This document shows, one piece after another, positions 10,590 through 22,245 of a stretch of 64,000 nucleotides of DNA. The stretch lies in contig CBDIIB010000005.1 in assembly GCA_965279525.1 (NCBI GenBank), positions 1,760,001-1,824,000 on the forward strand. The letters are read 5' to 3'. Below the pieces are notes generated by a model that worked only from the letters and a program-made list of their open reading frames with translations, was not told the origin of the DNA and ran no database searches. Source of the stretch: Tagaea sp. GTDB taxonomy: Bacteria; Pseudomonadota; Alphaproteobacteria; CACIAM-22H2. Each line of letters begins with the position of its first letter. The first letter of the stretch is position 1. The position numbers and the translations under genes were made by a program.

Positions 10590-11071
10590 CGTGCGACGTT
10601 CGCGCGCACGACGGGGGCGAGCTCGGCGACGACGGCTTCGTAGAGGGCGCGCTTGAACGGCACGATGAGCCCGACCAGCTCCTCGATCCCGACCCAGCGC
10701 CAGGCGTCGAACTCGGCTTCGTGCGCGTCGAGGTCGATGTCGCGATCCGTCCCGAGGAAACGCGCCGCGTACCATTTCTGGCGCTGGCCGACATAGCGCC
10801 CGCCCCACAGGCGTGCGGCAAGTTCGGGCGGCTGGTCGTAGGCGATCCAGCCGGCGGTCTCGCCGACGATCTCGGCGGCGCGCACGCCGGTTTCCTCGGC
10901 AAGCTCGCGCAACGCCGCCGCGCGCGGATCTTCCGATTCGTCGATGCCGCCCTGCGGCATCTGCCAGGCACCCGGCGTGTCGTTGCGCTGGCCCACGAAG
11001 GCGCGGCCAGCCGGATCGAACAGGAGAATTCCCACGCCGGGACGATAGAGCCGTTGCGTGACGGTTTTCAT
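10586..11071 (-). CDS. rppH: RNA pyrophosphohydrolase
   Basis: YRPGVG, WQMPQGG plus Nudix box, GQRQKW, VPFKR; usual position after ctpA-yibQ. Confidence 0.9.
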   Translation of the reverse strand: MKTVTQRLYRPGVGILLFDPAGRAFVGQRNDTPGAWQMPQGGIDESEDPRAAALRELAEETGVRAAEIVGETAGWIAYDQPPELAARLWGGRYVGQRQKWYAARFLGTDRDIDLDAHEAEFDAWRWVGIEELVGLIVPFKRALYEAVVAELAPVVRANVAR

Positions 11072-11087
11072 GCAGCGCCTTCCCGCG

Positions 11088-12458
11088 TCAGTTGCGCGGC
11101 GGCGCGGCGGGTCCGGGGGCCGCCGCGGCAGGTGCCCCGCCGCCGGGGGCGGTAACCGCCGCCGGTGCGGGCTGCCGGTTGACGATGGCCGAGACGGGGG
11201 CAAGTGCTATGCCGCGCGCGTCGAGCTGCGGCAGCCAGTTGATCAGCCGTTCGAACGTGACCGGATAGGTCTGCGCGATGCCCAGCGCCGCCCCGTTCTG
11301 GCGCGCGAGGCGTTCGAGATCGGCAAGTGCGCGGTCGATCGCCGGGCGCGAGGCTTCCTGGTCGACCAGGCGGTCGGCGTAGGCGCGCGGCACGCCCACG
11401 TCGTCGGCCACGCGCGTGGCGACCGAGGCGAGCGTGGCGCGCGCGTCGACGAAAAGCAGGCCGCGCGCGAACAGCCGGTCGATGACCGGGCGCATCGCGT
11501 CGGTCGAGGCGGTGAAGCGCGAGCCCTGCGCGTTGACGATGCCGACATAGCCCTGCGCGCGCTCGAGCGTCCAGTTGAGGCGCTCCATGTTCTGGCGCGA
11601 GGTGAGCGTTGTCAGCAGCGTCTGGGGCCCTGGATCGGTGTTCGGGAAATCGGTCGGCTCCATCGGCAGGCTCAGCAGCACCTCGTGGCCGGCGGCGCGC
11701 GCCAGCGCCATCCACTGCGCCAGCCCGTCGGCATAGGGCGTGAAGGCGAGCGTGATGCCGCCGCCGAGATTCTGGATCGCCGCGTTGGTCGCCGCCTGGC
11801 TCTTGCCGAGATCGACGATCACCATGGCGATGCGCGGGCGCTTGTCTTCCGGATCGAAGGGCCGCGCGAAACGTACCCAGGTGGGCGCTTCGACGTCGCG
11901 CGGCGGCAGCGGCTGCGGGGCCGTGCGGGCGGGCGGGCGGGCGGCCACCTGCGGGGCCGGTGCCGGTGCTGCGGCCGGCGGCGGTGCGGGTTCGCTCTGC
12001 ACCGGCGTTGCCGGAGCGGGCGTGCCGGCCTGCTCGGGCCGGGCAGGTGCCGGCCGTGGCGGGGCAGGGGCAGGTGCGGGTGCCGGGGCTGCCGCCTGGG
12101 CGGGCGGCGGTGGTGGTGGCGGCGTCGGTTCAGGCTCCGGCGGCTTGGGCGCTTCGGCCATCGGGGCAGGTTCGGTCGGTGGCGGCGCCGGCGGCTCGGG
12201 TGCGACTGCCGGCATCGCGACCGGGATGTCGATCTGGGCCGCGACCGGCGGCCCCAGATCGACATGCTCGACCGGATTGACGTTGACCCAGATCGCGAAG
12301 CCGCCGACGGCGCTGATCAGCAGCGCCCAGGCGATCGTCAGCAGCGACGGTCCGCCGCGATGCGGCATGCCGGCCGGATCGGCGGGCGCGTGCACGGGCG
12401 GCATCTGGGTCGCATCCGACGGATCGGGCCCCTCGTTGGCGGCGTCCTTTGCGGCCAT
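11088..12458 (-). CDS. Divergent polysaccharide deacetylase family (YibQ-like) with TM and Pro-rich linker
   Basis: IAMVIVDLG, GHEVLLSLPMEP, GSRFTA, GLLFVDA. Confidence 0.85.
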   Translation of the reverse strand: MAAKDAANEGPDPSDATQMPPVHAPADPAGMPHRGGPSLLTIAWALLISAVGGFAIWVNVNPVEHVDLGPPVAAQIDIPVAMPAVAPEPPAPPPTEPAPMAEAPKPPEPEPTPPPPPPPAQAAAPAPAPAPAPPRPAPARPEQAGTPAPATPVQSEPAPPPAAAPAPAPQVAARPPARTAPQPLPPRDVEAPTWVRFARPFDPEDKRPRIAMVIVDLGKSQAATNAAIQNLGGGITLAFTPYADGLAQWMALARAAGHEVLLSLPMEPTDFPNTDPGPQTLLTTLTSRQNMERLNWTLERAQGYVGIVNAQGSRFTASTDAMRPVIDRLFARGLLFVDARATLASVATRVADDVGVPRAYADRLVDQEASRPAIDRALADLERLARQNGAALGIAQTYPVTFERLINWLPQLDARGIALAPVSAIVNRQPAPAAVTAPGGGAPAAAAPGPAAPPRN

Positions 12459-12486
12459 GCCGATCCGTCGTCCTCGCGCCGCGCGC

Positions 12487-13848
12487 TCAGTTCGTGCGCT
12501 GGTTGTAGAGGGCAAGGCCCCGCAACAGGTCGAACGCGCGGCTCAGCTGGTAATCCTGCGCGCCTTCCTGCTGGCGTTCCTCGTTCTCGGCGGCCGGTGC
12601 GGCGGGCGCTGCCGGTGCGGCGGGTGCCGCAGGTGCAGCGCCGGGCGCCGGGCGGGTCTGGTCCGGGTTGCGCAGTGCGCCGCGCAAGTCGGCTTCGCGC
12701 CGCTGGGGACCCTGCGGCGCCGTGACTTCGATGCGCGCGGCTTCCACGACGATGTCGGGATCGATGCCCTGCGCCTGGATCGAACGGCCCGACGGCGTGA
12801 AGTAGCGTGCGGTCGTGAGCCGGATGGCACCCTGGTTGCCGACCGGCCGGATCGTCTGGACCGAGCCCTTGCCGAAGCTGCGTGTCCCCAGGACGATCGC
12901 GCGGCGATGGTCCTGCAAGGCGCCCGCGACGATTTCCGAGGCCGAGGCCGAGCCGCCGTTGATGAGCACGATGAGCGGCAGGCCGTTCAGCACGTCGCCG
13001 GCGCGCGCGTTGTAGCGCTGTGCCTCGTCCGAGCGGCGGCCGCGCGTCGAGACGATCTCGCCACGCTCGAGGAAGGCATCCGACACGGCGATCGCCTGGT
13101 CGAGCAGCCCGCCGGGATTGTTGCGCATGTCGAGCACGAGGCCCTTGAACTTCGGCCCGAGCTGCTCGCGCATCTTCGTGATCGCGGTGCGCATGCCGGC
13201 TTCGGTCTGCTCGGTGAACGAGGTGATGCGCACGTAGCCGAGTTCGCCCTCGACGCGCGAGCGCACCGACTGGATGCGAATGACCGCGCGGTTGAGCGTG
13301 ACCTCGAAGGGTGCGGCGTCGCCGCGCCGGATCAGGATCTTGATCGCGCTGTTGACGGGCCCGCGCATCTTCTCGACCGCTTCCTGCAGCGTAAGGCCCA
13401 GGATCGGCTCGCCGTCGATCTGCACGATGAGGTCGTTGGGCTTGAGGCCCGCGCGCGCGGCCGGCGTGTCGTCGATGGGCGAGACGACCTTGACGAGGCC
13501 GTTCTCCATCGTGACTTCGATGCCCAGTCCGCCGAACTCGCCGCGCGTCTGCACCTGCATGTCGCGGAACGAGCGCGCGTTGAGGAACGAGGAATGCGGA
13601 TCGAGTGCGGTCAGCATCCCGTTGATCGCGTCCTCGATCAGCTTGCGGTCGGCGACCTCTTCCACGTAGTCCGAGCGCACGATCTCGAAGATCTCGCCGA
13701 ACAGGTTGAGCAGGCGGTAGGTCTCCGATGCGCCGCCTGCGGCGGGTGCCGCGGGCTGGCCTTGCGCGAACGCGCCCGGCGACATGGCGGCAGGCAGAAC
13801 CGTCAATGCGGTCGCGATCGTCGCGGCGGCAAGCTTACGGGCGAACAT
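12487..13848 (-). CDS. ctpA: C-terminal processing peptidase, S41 family
   Basis: PDZ (GLGI), DMRNNPGG, SASASEI catalytic Ser, FGKGSVQ Lys. Confidence 0.93.
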   Translation of the reverse strand: MFARKLAAATIATALTVLPAAMSPGAFAQGQPAAPAAGGASETYRLLNLFGEIFEIVRSDYVEEVADRKLIEDAINGMLTALDPHSSFLNARSFRDMQVQTRGEFGGLGIEVTMENGLVKVVSPIDDTPAARAGLKPNDLIVQIDGEPILGLTLQEAVEKMRGPVNSAIKILIRRGDAAPFEVTLNRAVIRIQSVRSRVEGELGYVRITSFTEQTEAGMRTAITKMREQLGPKFKGLVLDMRNNPGGLLDQAIAVSDAFLERGEIVSTRGRRSDEAQRYNARAGDVLNGLPLIVLINGGSASASEIVAGALQDHRRAIVLGTRSFGKGSVQTIRPVGNQGAIRLTTARYFTPSGRSIQAQGIDPDIVVEAARIEVTAPQGPQRREADLRGALRNPDQTRPAPGAAPAAPAAPAAPAAPAAENEERQQEGAQDYQLSRAFDLLRGLALYNQRTN

Positions 13849-13902
13849 CCAGGATCCCTTTCCGCGGCCGCGACTGTCGCGTCCGCACACGCAATTGGCG
13901 CC

Positions 13903-15074
13903 TCATCGACGCACGCCGTTCTCGGCCGCAAGAAGCCAGGGAGACGGATCGACCGGCTGACCGTGGCGCCTGAGCTCCAGATAGAGCGTCGGGGCGCCGC
14001 GTTCGTCGTTTCCGGCCCGCCCGACCGGTTCGCCCGCGGTCACGTTCTGGCCGACGACCGCGTCGATCCGGCTCAACTGCGCCAGAATCGAATGATAGCC
14101 CCCGCCGTGTTCGAGGATCAAGATTTGCCCGTATCCGCGGAACGGGCCCGGCAAATGCCACGGTCCCGTCATGGGGGGCGATGACGCTGGCCGCCTCGCG
14201 CGGCTCGATCAGCAGGCCGCGGGCCGACTGGCCGCCCGCCTGCGCCTGGCCCCAGGATTCGACGATTCGGCCCCTTGCGGGCCAAAGATAGCCCGAAAGG
14301 GCATCCAGATCGCCCGGCCGCGTGGCTGCGGGCGCATTCGCGCGCGGCCGTGGCGGGATGGCCGCGACGGCGGCCGGCGGCCGTTCGAGGCGGCCGAGCA
14401 GTTCGCGCAAGTCCGCCGCCTCGCGCCCGAGGCGGGCGAGGCGCTGGGCAGCGGCACGCCCTTCGTCCTGCAGCCGGGCGACGGCGGGTGCGCGCCGGGC
14501 AAGGGCCGCGTCGAGCCGGTCGCGCTCGATGGCGAGCTGGGGCGAGTGCGCCGGCAAGATCGCCGCGCGCCCGCACGGCCCCGGCGCGGGCCGTCGCCAG
14601 CGCGTCGAGTTCGGCCTTCAGCAGGTTCGCCTCGCGGCCCAGATGCGCCACGAGGCTGGCGACAAGATTTCCCGTGCGCGCCGCATCGAGCGGCGTACCG
14701 GGTTCAAGGGCGAGCGCTTCGGGTGGCTGGCGGGCAAGGCGCTGGAGGGCACCGGCAAGTCCGGCGATTTCGTGCCGGCGCGCGTCGATGCGCACTTCGC
14801 GCATCGCGCGTTCGTCGTCGAGTTCGGCGATGCGCGCCTCGATGTCGCTGGCCTGTGCTTCGCGCTCCATCGCGGCGGCGGCCGCCTCGCGCGTCAAATC
14901 CTGCAGGCGGGCAAGTTCGGCGGCTTCGTTCTGCGCCTGGCGGGCGATCGCGTCGGCGCGCTCGCGCTCGGTCTCGAGCTGCTTTTCGATCTGGCGCAGC
15001 TGTTCGCCGCGGTCCTGCGCGAGGGCAGGTGCTGCCCACAGGAGGAAAAGGGCGGCGAACGCCCCCGCCTTCAT
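13903..15074 (-). CDS. envC: Murein hydrolase activator EnvC (coiled coil plus M23), two apparent frameshifts (~14541, ~14145)
   Basis: Three frames join into signal peptide, coiled coil and [14 protein letters not shown]...LYLELR M23 domain; gpmI-envC-ctpA synteny. Confidence 0.82.
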
Positions 15075-16637
15075 TCGGCCGCCACGGGCGCACGCAGCAG
15101 CGACCGGCCGGTCATCTCGGCGGGCTGCGACAGGCCCATCAGTTCGAGCAGCGTGGGCGCCACGTCGGCAAGCACGCCGTCGGCCAGCAGGATCGGCGCG
15201 TTGCGCCCGGGCAGCAGCGAACCCACGAGCCAGACCGGGACGGGGTTGAGCGTGTGCGCCGTCATCGCCTGGCCGGAATCCGGATCGCGCATGCATTCGC
15301 AGTTGCCGTGATCGGCGGTGATGAGCATGGCACCGCCCTTCGCCTCGACCGCCTGCGCCACGCGGCCAAGGCAGGCATCGACCGTCTCGACCGCCTTGAT
15401 CGCGGCGCGAAGGTCGCCGGTGTGCCCGACCATGTCGCAGTTGGCGTAGTTGACGACGACGAAATCGAACGTGCCGCTTTCGATGGCGCCGACGAGCCTG
15501 TCGGTCATCTCGGGTGCCGACATCTCGGGCTGCAGGTCGTAGGTCGCGACCTTGGGCGAGGGCACGAGGATGCGGCTTTCGCCCGGATACTCCTTCTCCT
15601 CGCCGCCGTTGAAGAAGAACGTCACGTGCGCGTATTTCTCGGTCTCGGCGATGCGCAGCTGCGTGCGCCCGGCCTTGGACACGATCTCGCCCATCATGTT
15701 GGCGAGCGACTGCGGGGCGAACATCGCGGGCACATAGGGTGCCAGTTTCGCCGAATATTCGACGAGCCCGAGGCGTGGCCGCGAAGGCGGGGCGACGGGG
15801 CCGCGCGAAGCCGTCGAACTCCGGAATGAGCAGCGCTTCGAGGATCTCGCGCGCGCGGTCGGCGCGGTAGTTGCCCATCAGCACGCCGTCGCCGTCGCGC
15901 ATCCCGGCATAGTCGCCGACCGCGAAGGGCAGGACGAATTCGTCGCTGGTGTCGGCCGCATAGGCCGCATCGACGCCCGCCCGCCAGTGCGCGAAACGTG
16001 GGGCCCCCGCGTCGACCATCGTGGCGTAGGCGAGCGACACGCGCTCCCAGCGCTTGTCGCGGTCCATCGCGTAGAAGCGGCCGGCAACGGTGCCGAGATC
16101 CACACCCTTCAGCCCCGCGATGTCGGCTTCGAACTTCGTCAGGTATTCGATGGCGCTGCGCGGGGGCACGTCACGCCCGTCGAGGAAGGCGTGGATGCGC
16201 ACAGGGACGCCGTCGGCCGCGAGTGCGGCGGCCAGTGCCACGAAATGATCCTGCATGGAATGCACACCGCCGGGCGACAGGATCCCCATCACGTGCGCCG
16301 TGCCGCCGCTCTTCTTCAGTTTCGCGGCGAATTCGCGCAACGCCGGCAGGGCGGCGAACGAGCCGTCCTCGATCGCCGCGTCGATGCGCACGAGATCCTG
16401 CATGACCACGCGGCCGGCCCCCAGATTCATGTGGCCGACTTCCGAATTTCCCATCTGGCCCTTGGGCAGGCCGACATGGCGCTCGGAGGCTTCGAGGAAC
16501 GCGGGCGGATGCAGCGTGCGGAAGCGGTCGAAGTTCGGCGTGCGGGCGAGCAGCACGGCGTTGTCCGCGCGCTCGGCGCGATGGCCGAAGCCGTCGAGAA
16601 TGCAAAGGACGACCGGGCGGCGGGGAGAAGCGGACAT
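15071..16637 (-). CDS. gpmI: 2,3-bisphosphoglycerate-independent phosphoglycerate mutase, apparent frameshift ~15773
   Basis: [45 protein letters not shown]. Confidence 0.92.
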
Positions 16638-16647
16638 GCCTTATCTT

Positions 16648-17232
16648 CTATCGCGCCGGCGGTGCGGGCGGCAACCGGGCGAGAAGCAGCAGACTGACGG
16701 CATCGCGCACGCCGCCCGAGCGGACCAGATCCTCGGCCGCCGCGCGCGTGAGCGCCGTGGGCGCGCCAAGGCCCAGTTCGTCGCCGGCCGTGCGGTGGCC
16801 CGCGATCGGCGTGCAGTCGCGCGCCACGAACAGGGCAGCACTCGTGGCAAGCACGGCGGGTTCGGAAAACACCTCGCCCAGCGCCACGAGATCGCCGGCG
16901 GCACAGGCAAGGCCCGTTTCCTCGGCAAGCTCGCGCCGGGCGGCCGCGACGGCCGTTTCGCCCTCGTCGATGAAACCTTTCGGCACCTCCCAGCTCCAGG
17001 TGCCCACGGCATGGCGCCAGTTGCGCAGCAGCACGACGCGCCCGTCGGAAAGGACGGGCAGCACGGCGACGCCGCCCGCCAGCCCTGCCGCGTGGCCGCG
17101 CGCGGACAGCACGAGATACTCGGGCACCTCGATCCCGTTCGCATCGACGATGTGGTCGAGATCGGCGCGCCACACGCGGTTCTCGAACGCGGTGCGCCGG
17201 GCGAGGCGCTTGACGGGCGGAGCCTCGCTCAC
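16648..17232 (-). CDS. Nudix hydrolase (ADP-ribose/NDP-sugar pyrophosphatase-like)
   Basis: Nudix box GFIDEGETAVAAARRELAEETG; GTG start overlaps the upstream stop. Confidence 0.85.
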   Translation of the reverse strand: MSEAPPVKRLARRTAFENRVWRADLDHIVDANGIEVPEYLVLSARGHAAGLAGGVAVLPVLSDGRVVLLRNWRHAVGTWSWEVPKGFIDEGETAVAAARRELAEETGLACAAGDLVALGEVFSEPAVLATSAALFVARDCTPIAGHRTAGDELGLGAPTALTRAAAEDLVRSGGVRDAVSLLLLARLPPAPPAR

Positions 17233-17960
17233 CGCTGCTTCCCGTCGATGACGGCGGCCGCACCCGTCCAGCTTTCGGGCGTGCCGATATCCACGAAGCG
17301 TGCGCGGGGATCGATGAAGGCAGCAAGCGCGCCGCCGGGCAGCTTCTCGAACACGTCGCGCTCGAGCGACACGGGCCGGTCGTCCGGAATCTTCGCGAGC
17401 AGTGCACGCGAAACCAGATAGACGCCCGCGTTGATCGCTGCTGGTCCGCGCCACGTCGCGTCCTTCTCGCAGAAGGCGGTGACGCGGTCATTCTCGATCT
17501 CGACGCGGCCGTAGCGCCCGGCGTCGGGCACTTCGACGCACAGCATCGTGGCGTCGGCCATCGTCTGGCGATGTCTGGCGACGAGTTCGGCAAGATCGCC
17601 GTCGACGAACGTGTCGCCGTTCACGACGAGGATCGGGTCCGAGCGGAAATGCGGCCGCGCGAAGCCGAGGGCACCACCGGTCCCGAGCGGTGCGGGTTCG
17701 ACCGAGAAGGCGAATTCCAGGTGCGGACGCGGATAGGCCGCGAGATGGGCTTCGACCTGGTCGGCGCGGTGGCCGAGCAGCAGCACGATGCGCCTTGCCC
17801 CATGGCTTTCGAGCCAGTCGAGCAGGTGTTCGAGGAACGGCCGGCCGCCGACGGGAGCCAGCACCTTGGGCAGGCCCGGGACGGCGCCGGCCAGCCGCGT
17901 GCCGAGGCCGCCGGCGAGAATGGCGATGTCGATGGATCGGAGCGTCCCCGTCATCCCCAT
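17229..17960 (-). CDS. Sugar-phosphate nucleotidyltransferase (HddC-like)
   Basis: ILAGGLGTRL...PK, PLGTGG, NGDT, INAGVY, FVDIGTPE. Confidence 0.88.
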   Translation of the reverse strand: MGMTGTLRSIDIAILAGGLGTRLAGAVPGLPKVLAPVGGRPFLEHLLDWLESHGARRIVLLLGHRADQVEAHLAAYPRPHLEFAFSVEPAPLGTGGALGFARPHFRSDPILVVNGDTFVDGDLAELVARHRQTMADATMLCVEVPDAGRYGRVEIENDRVTAFCEKDATWRGPAAINAGVYLVSRALLAKIPDDRPVSLERDVFEKLPGGALAAFIDPRARFVDIGTPESWTGAAAVIDGKQR

Positions 17961-17985
17961 CGGGTACGACGAAAGGGCCCGCCGC

Positions 17986-19405
17986 TCAAGCGATTCGCGG
18001 CAGCGTCAGGATCGCTTCGAGCCCGCGGATCGGCCGGTTGCGCAAAGTCACGTCGCCGCCATGGGCGCGCGCGATGTCGCGCACCACGGCAAGTCCCAGC
18101 CCCGCCCCGCCGGTTTCGCGCGAACGCGACGCTTCCAGGCGCACGAACGGACGGAACACGTCCTCGAGCCGGTCGACCGGGATGCCCGGCCCTTCATCGG
18201 CGACGGAAATCTCGATCTGCTCGGTAAGCGCCGCAAGCTTCACGTCGGCGTTGCCGCCATACGCGATGGCGTTGTCGACGAGATTGGCGAGTGCGCGCTT
18301 CATGGCACCCGCGCGTCCCTCGATGACGAGGCTTGCCGGGCCGGCATAGGCGACCGCGTGGCCGAGATCGGCGCGCTCGTCGACGACCGTCTCGACGAGG
18401 GCGGCAAGGTCGAAGCGCTCGGGCTTTGCCTCGAGCGCGTCGGCGCGCGCGAAGGCAAGCGTCTCGGCGATCATCTTCTCCATCTCTTCGAGATCGGCGA
18501 ACGCCTTCAGCTTCTCGGATTCCTCGCCGATCCCCTCCGCGCGCAGGCGCAGGCGCGTGAGCGGCGTGCGCAGGTCGTGGCTGATCGCGGCGAGCAGGCG
18601 CGTGCGGTCCTCGACATGGCGCACGAGCTGGCCGCGCATGCGCGCCAGCGCGTTGCCGATCGTGCGCACCTCGTTGGGGGCGCTTCGCATCGCGTCGAGC
18701 TGCGGCTCGAGGCCCGCACCCGCGCGCGCCGCTTCGCCGGCAAGCGCTTCGAGCGGACGGGCGAGGCGGTGGGCGGCCCACCACGCGGCGAACGCGCGCC
18801 GACGAGGGCGGCCCCGCTCAGCCACGCGCCGAACACGATCCAGCCGACATCGATCGCCGAGCGGCGCGGGCGCACCAGCAGCCAACTCGAATCCGGTGCG
18901 CGGATCGCGATCGTGAAGGTGCCGGGAATGGCGCCGCCGACCGACTCGCCCCACACGCCGTCGTCGGGGGGCACGCGGCGGATGTGGCGGTCGGGTGCGG
19001 AAAGCGAGCCGCCGGGCGGGAACGAGAAGTCGACCTCGATGCGGAAGCCGGCGGGCAGGCGTTCCTGGATGCCGCGCTGGAGACGGCCGCTGCCGGTGCG
19101 CCGCAGGCGCTGCTCTTCGGGATAGGCGAAATCGCGCCGCCACTCGAAGGCGAGGAACTCCGCCTCGCCGCGCGCGCGCAACGCCGCCTCGCGCTGTCCG
19201 GGCGGGCGGGTGAACGTGTCGGCCGCGACGTCGACGACCGTCTCGACAAGCCAGCGCGCCTGGAAGACCTGCAGCTCGCTCGGCCGCAGCAGGAGTGCGA
19301 TGCCCACCGCCGCGAGCTGGGCGAGCACGAGCCCGACGATCGAGATCGCCGCGATGCGTGCGGCGATCCCGTCGAACCAGCGGCGCGCGCGCGGCGTCGC
19401 CGCGC

Positions 19406-19409
<4 letters not shown>
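17986..19409 (-). CDS. Membrane sensor histidine kinase (EnvZ/CpxA-like), apparent frameshift ~18795
   Basis: Two TM, HAMP, SHDLRTPL H-box, NLVDNA, DEGPG, GAGLGL; TTG start overlaps the regulator stop. Confidence 0.87.
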
Positions 19410-20126
<717 letters not shown>

Positions 20127-20174
20127 TTCGGACCCGATCATAGCGCCGCGCGGGCGCTGCCGACACACCCGAGG

Positions 20175-20193
20175 GTGTAACCGGGAGTTACAC
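20175..20193. promoter_or_regulatory. Perfect inverted repeat in divergent promoter region (candidate operator)
   Basis: GTGTAAC-CGGGA-GTTACAC between the regulator and spy-like genes. Confidence 0.45.
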
Positions 20194-20290
20194 GATGGAA
20201 CGGGTCGGTCATCGTCCGGCCGCGTTGTGGGACTAGAACGAATGCATCCGGTCCCTCGCTTCGTTCCAACCGCCCAGGAGTGAACCCGCC

Positions 20291-20746
20291 ATGAAAAAGC
20301 CCGTAATCGCAGCCTTGCTGATGTCGCTTGCCGCCGGTGCGGCATTCGCCCAGTCCCCGCCGCCCGCCGCCGGTCCCGCGGCGCGCGCACCGCACGACCG
20401 CATGTGCCGGGATACCGACGCGCGCATCGCCTCGCGTCTCGCCTTCATCGAGGCGAAGGTGCAGCCCACGCCGGCACAGCGTGCGGCGTGGAACGCCTTC
20501 GCGCAGGAAAGCCGCGTGGCCGGCGAACCGATGAAGCGGCTGTGCGAAAATCCGCCCGCCCGTGCCGACCGCAACGACGCGGCTGCCAGCCTTGCGATGC
20601 GCGAACGCTTCGTCGGCGCGATGGCGGCTTCGCTCGCCACGCTACGTCCGGCGGTCGAACGCTTCCAGGCCGTGCTCGACGATGCGCAGAAGACCCAGCT
20701 GGCGCAGGCGCTGAGCCCGCGCGGCCGTTCGCGCCATCACCGCTGA
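20291..20746 (+). CDS. Spy/CpxP (LTXXQ) family periplasmic protein
   Basis: Signal peptide, PTPAQ and LDDAQ repeats; divergent from the RR/HK pair. Confidence 0.8.
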   Translation: MKKPVIAALLMSLAAGAAFAQSPPPAAGPAARAPHDRMCRDTDARIASRLAFIEAKVQPTPAQRAAWNAFAQESRVAGEPMKRLCENPPARADRNDAAASLAMRERFVGAMAASLATLRPAVERFQAVLDDAQKTQLAQALSPRGRSRHHR

Positions 20747-21696
20747 CGCAAGGCCGTCTCGACGGACGGAGCAAGGCATGCGGCCCACGCCGCGTGCCTT
20801 GCTGCCGTCGGATGGCCGGTGCCGCCCGATGCGCAGGGGGCGGGATCGCGCTCGAATTCCGGCTCCCGGCAATCGGCAAACGCGATGCCGCGCGCCGCGA
20901 GTGCCGGGATCAGCCAGTCGGGCGCATCGGCCAGCAGCAGCACCAGGAAGGCCGAGCCCGCGCTTTTCGCCGTCGCGGCCATCTCGGCGACGAGCAGTTC
21001 GGTCGCCGGACGGGCATGATCGCGCCGGCCGCGGAACTCGAAGCGCTGCCAGGCCCGGTGCAGTTCGGTGACGATCGCCGAATGCCGCTCGAGCGGCCAC
21101 GCGGCGTCGATACGCCCTTCGTGGCGCACGAGAATGCCGTCGGCCACGGTCACGTGCGGGGGCACGACATTGCGTCCTTCGGCATCGCGCAACGCGCGCA
21201 CCCAGGACAGATGCGCGACATTGCGGAACCGGTGGTCGCCGAAGAAGCCATAGACCGTCAAGCGCGGCGGATCGCCCGCGCGCATCTGCTGGACGAGCAG
21301 TGACTGGTACGTGCCGTAGCCGCCGACGCCGAGATTTTCGAACGCGATGCCGGGCAGCATTTCGCCAAGGCGCCAGACATAGGTCTCGCTATCCGCCACG
21401 CCGTAGCCCTGCGTGATCGAATCGCCCAGCACGTCGACGCGCGGCGCGCCGGAAACGCTTTGGGTGCCGCTCGCGCGCTGGCGGTCGGGCCGGAACGTCA
21501 TGGGGATGTTTCCGGCCTCGCTCGATTCGAAAACGCCCGGGCGGTTGCGCCAGCCAAGCGTCGCGTCGGGTTCGCTCCACCGGCCGCCGGCCGGCGGCTC
21601 GAAGCTGTTGGGCGCATGGCCCGCGAAGCGCACGAGCGACTCGCCGGCAACCAGCGAAGCCGCCAGCGAGATCGATAGAAGCAGTCCGTTCTTCAC
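20737..21696 (-). CDS. SGNH/GDSL hydrolase family protein
   Basis: LGDSITQG, NLGVGGYGT, C-terminal GHPT; N-terminal membrane anchor. Confidence 0.78.
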   Translation of the reverse strand: MKNGLLLSISLAASLVAGESLVRFAGHAPNSFEPPAGGRWSEPDATLGWRNRPGVFESSEAGNIPMTFRPDRQRASGTQSVSGAPRVDVLGDSITQGYGVADSETYVWRLGEMLPGIAFENLGVGGYGTYQSLLVQQMRAGDPPRLTVYGFFGDHRFRNVAHLSWVRALRDAEGRNVVPPHVTVADGILVRHEGRIDAAWPLERHSAIVTELHRAWQRFEFRGRRDHARPATELLVAEMAATAKSAGSAFLVLLLADAPDWLIPALAARGIAFADCREPEFERDPAPCASGGTGHPTAARHAAWAACLAPSVETALRQR

Positions 21697-21798
21697 GCCA
21701 AACCTTTGGAATCGATCAGAGATTTTCTCTGGCTAGCAACCGGGCAAGCGCCTAGGATGCGCGCCACAATCGCCATACAGACAGCGCATATAAATAGC

Positions 21799-22233
21799 AT
21801 GAGCCAGCCGCAGGGTTTCCACGAGGATTTCAAGCGCGACGAGGCCGTCGAGGGGTCGACCGATCGCGGCTTCGGCTTCGTGTTCACGGGCTTCTGCGCG
21901 CTGGTCGGCACGATCAAGCTGTTCACCGGAACGGCCGGTGTCGAATACTGGTTCGCCGCATCGGCCGCCTTCCTTGCCGCTGCCCTGCTCGCCCCGGGCC
22001 TGCTGGCGCCGCTGAACCGGCTGTGGATGCGTTTCGCCATGGTCCTCTACAAGGTGATGAACCCTATCACGATGGGCTTGATCTTCTTTTTCGTCATCAC
22101 GCCGATGGGGGTCGCGATGCGCGCCTTCGGCAAGGATTTCCTGAAGCAGCGTGCCGATGCCGCAGCACCGAGCTACTGGGTGCGCCGCGATCCGCCCGGC
22201 CCGGCTCCCGAAACGATGAAGCGCCAGTTCTGA
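21799..22233 (+). CDS. SxtJ family membrane protein
   Basis: STDRGFGFVF, LNRLWMRF, FFVITPMG, SYW...MKRQF. Confidence 0.82.
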   Translation: MSQPQGFHEDFKRDEAVEGSTDRGFGFVFTGFCALVGTIKLFTGTAGVEYWFAASAAFLAAALLAPGLLAPLNRLWMRFAMVLYKVMNPITMGLIFFFVITPMGVAMRAFGKDFLKQRADAAAPSYWVRRDPPGPAPETMKRQF

Positions 22234-22245
22234 AGGACGTCCGAG

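Noticed and set aside
11930-12200. GC-rich quasi-repeats as a repeat array or CRISPR
   Set aside because: They encode the Pro/Ala linker of the YibQ-like protein; no constant repeat-spacer pattern or cas genes in the window
14169-16637. 822-aa GpmI-EnvC fusion (and the 627-aa RR-HK fusion at 18507-20390)
   Set aside because: Artefacts of frameshifts; each gene has its own overlapping start and stop
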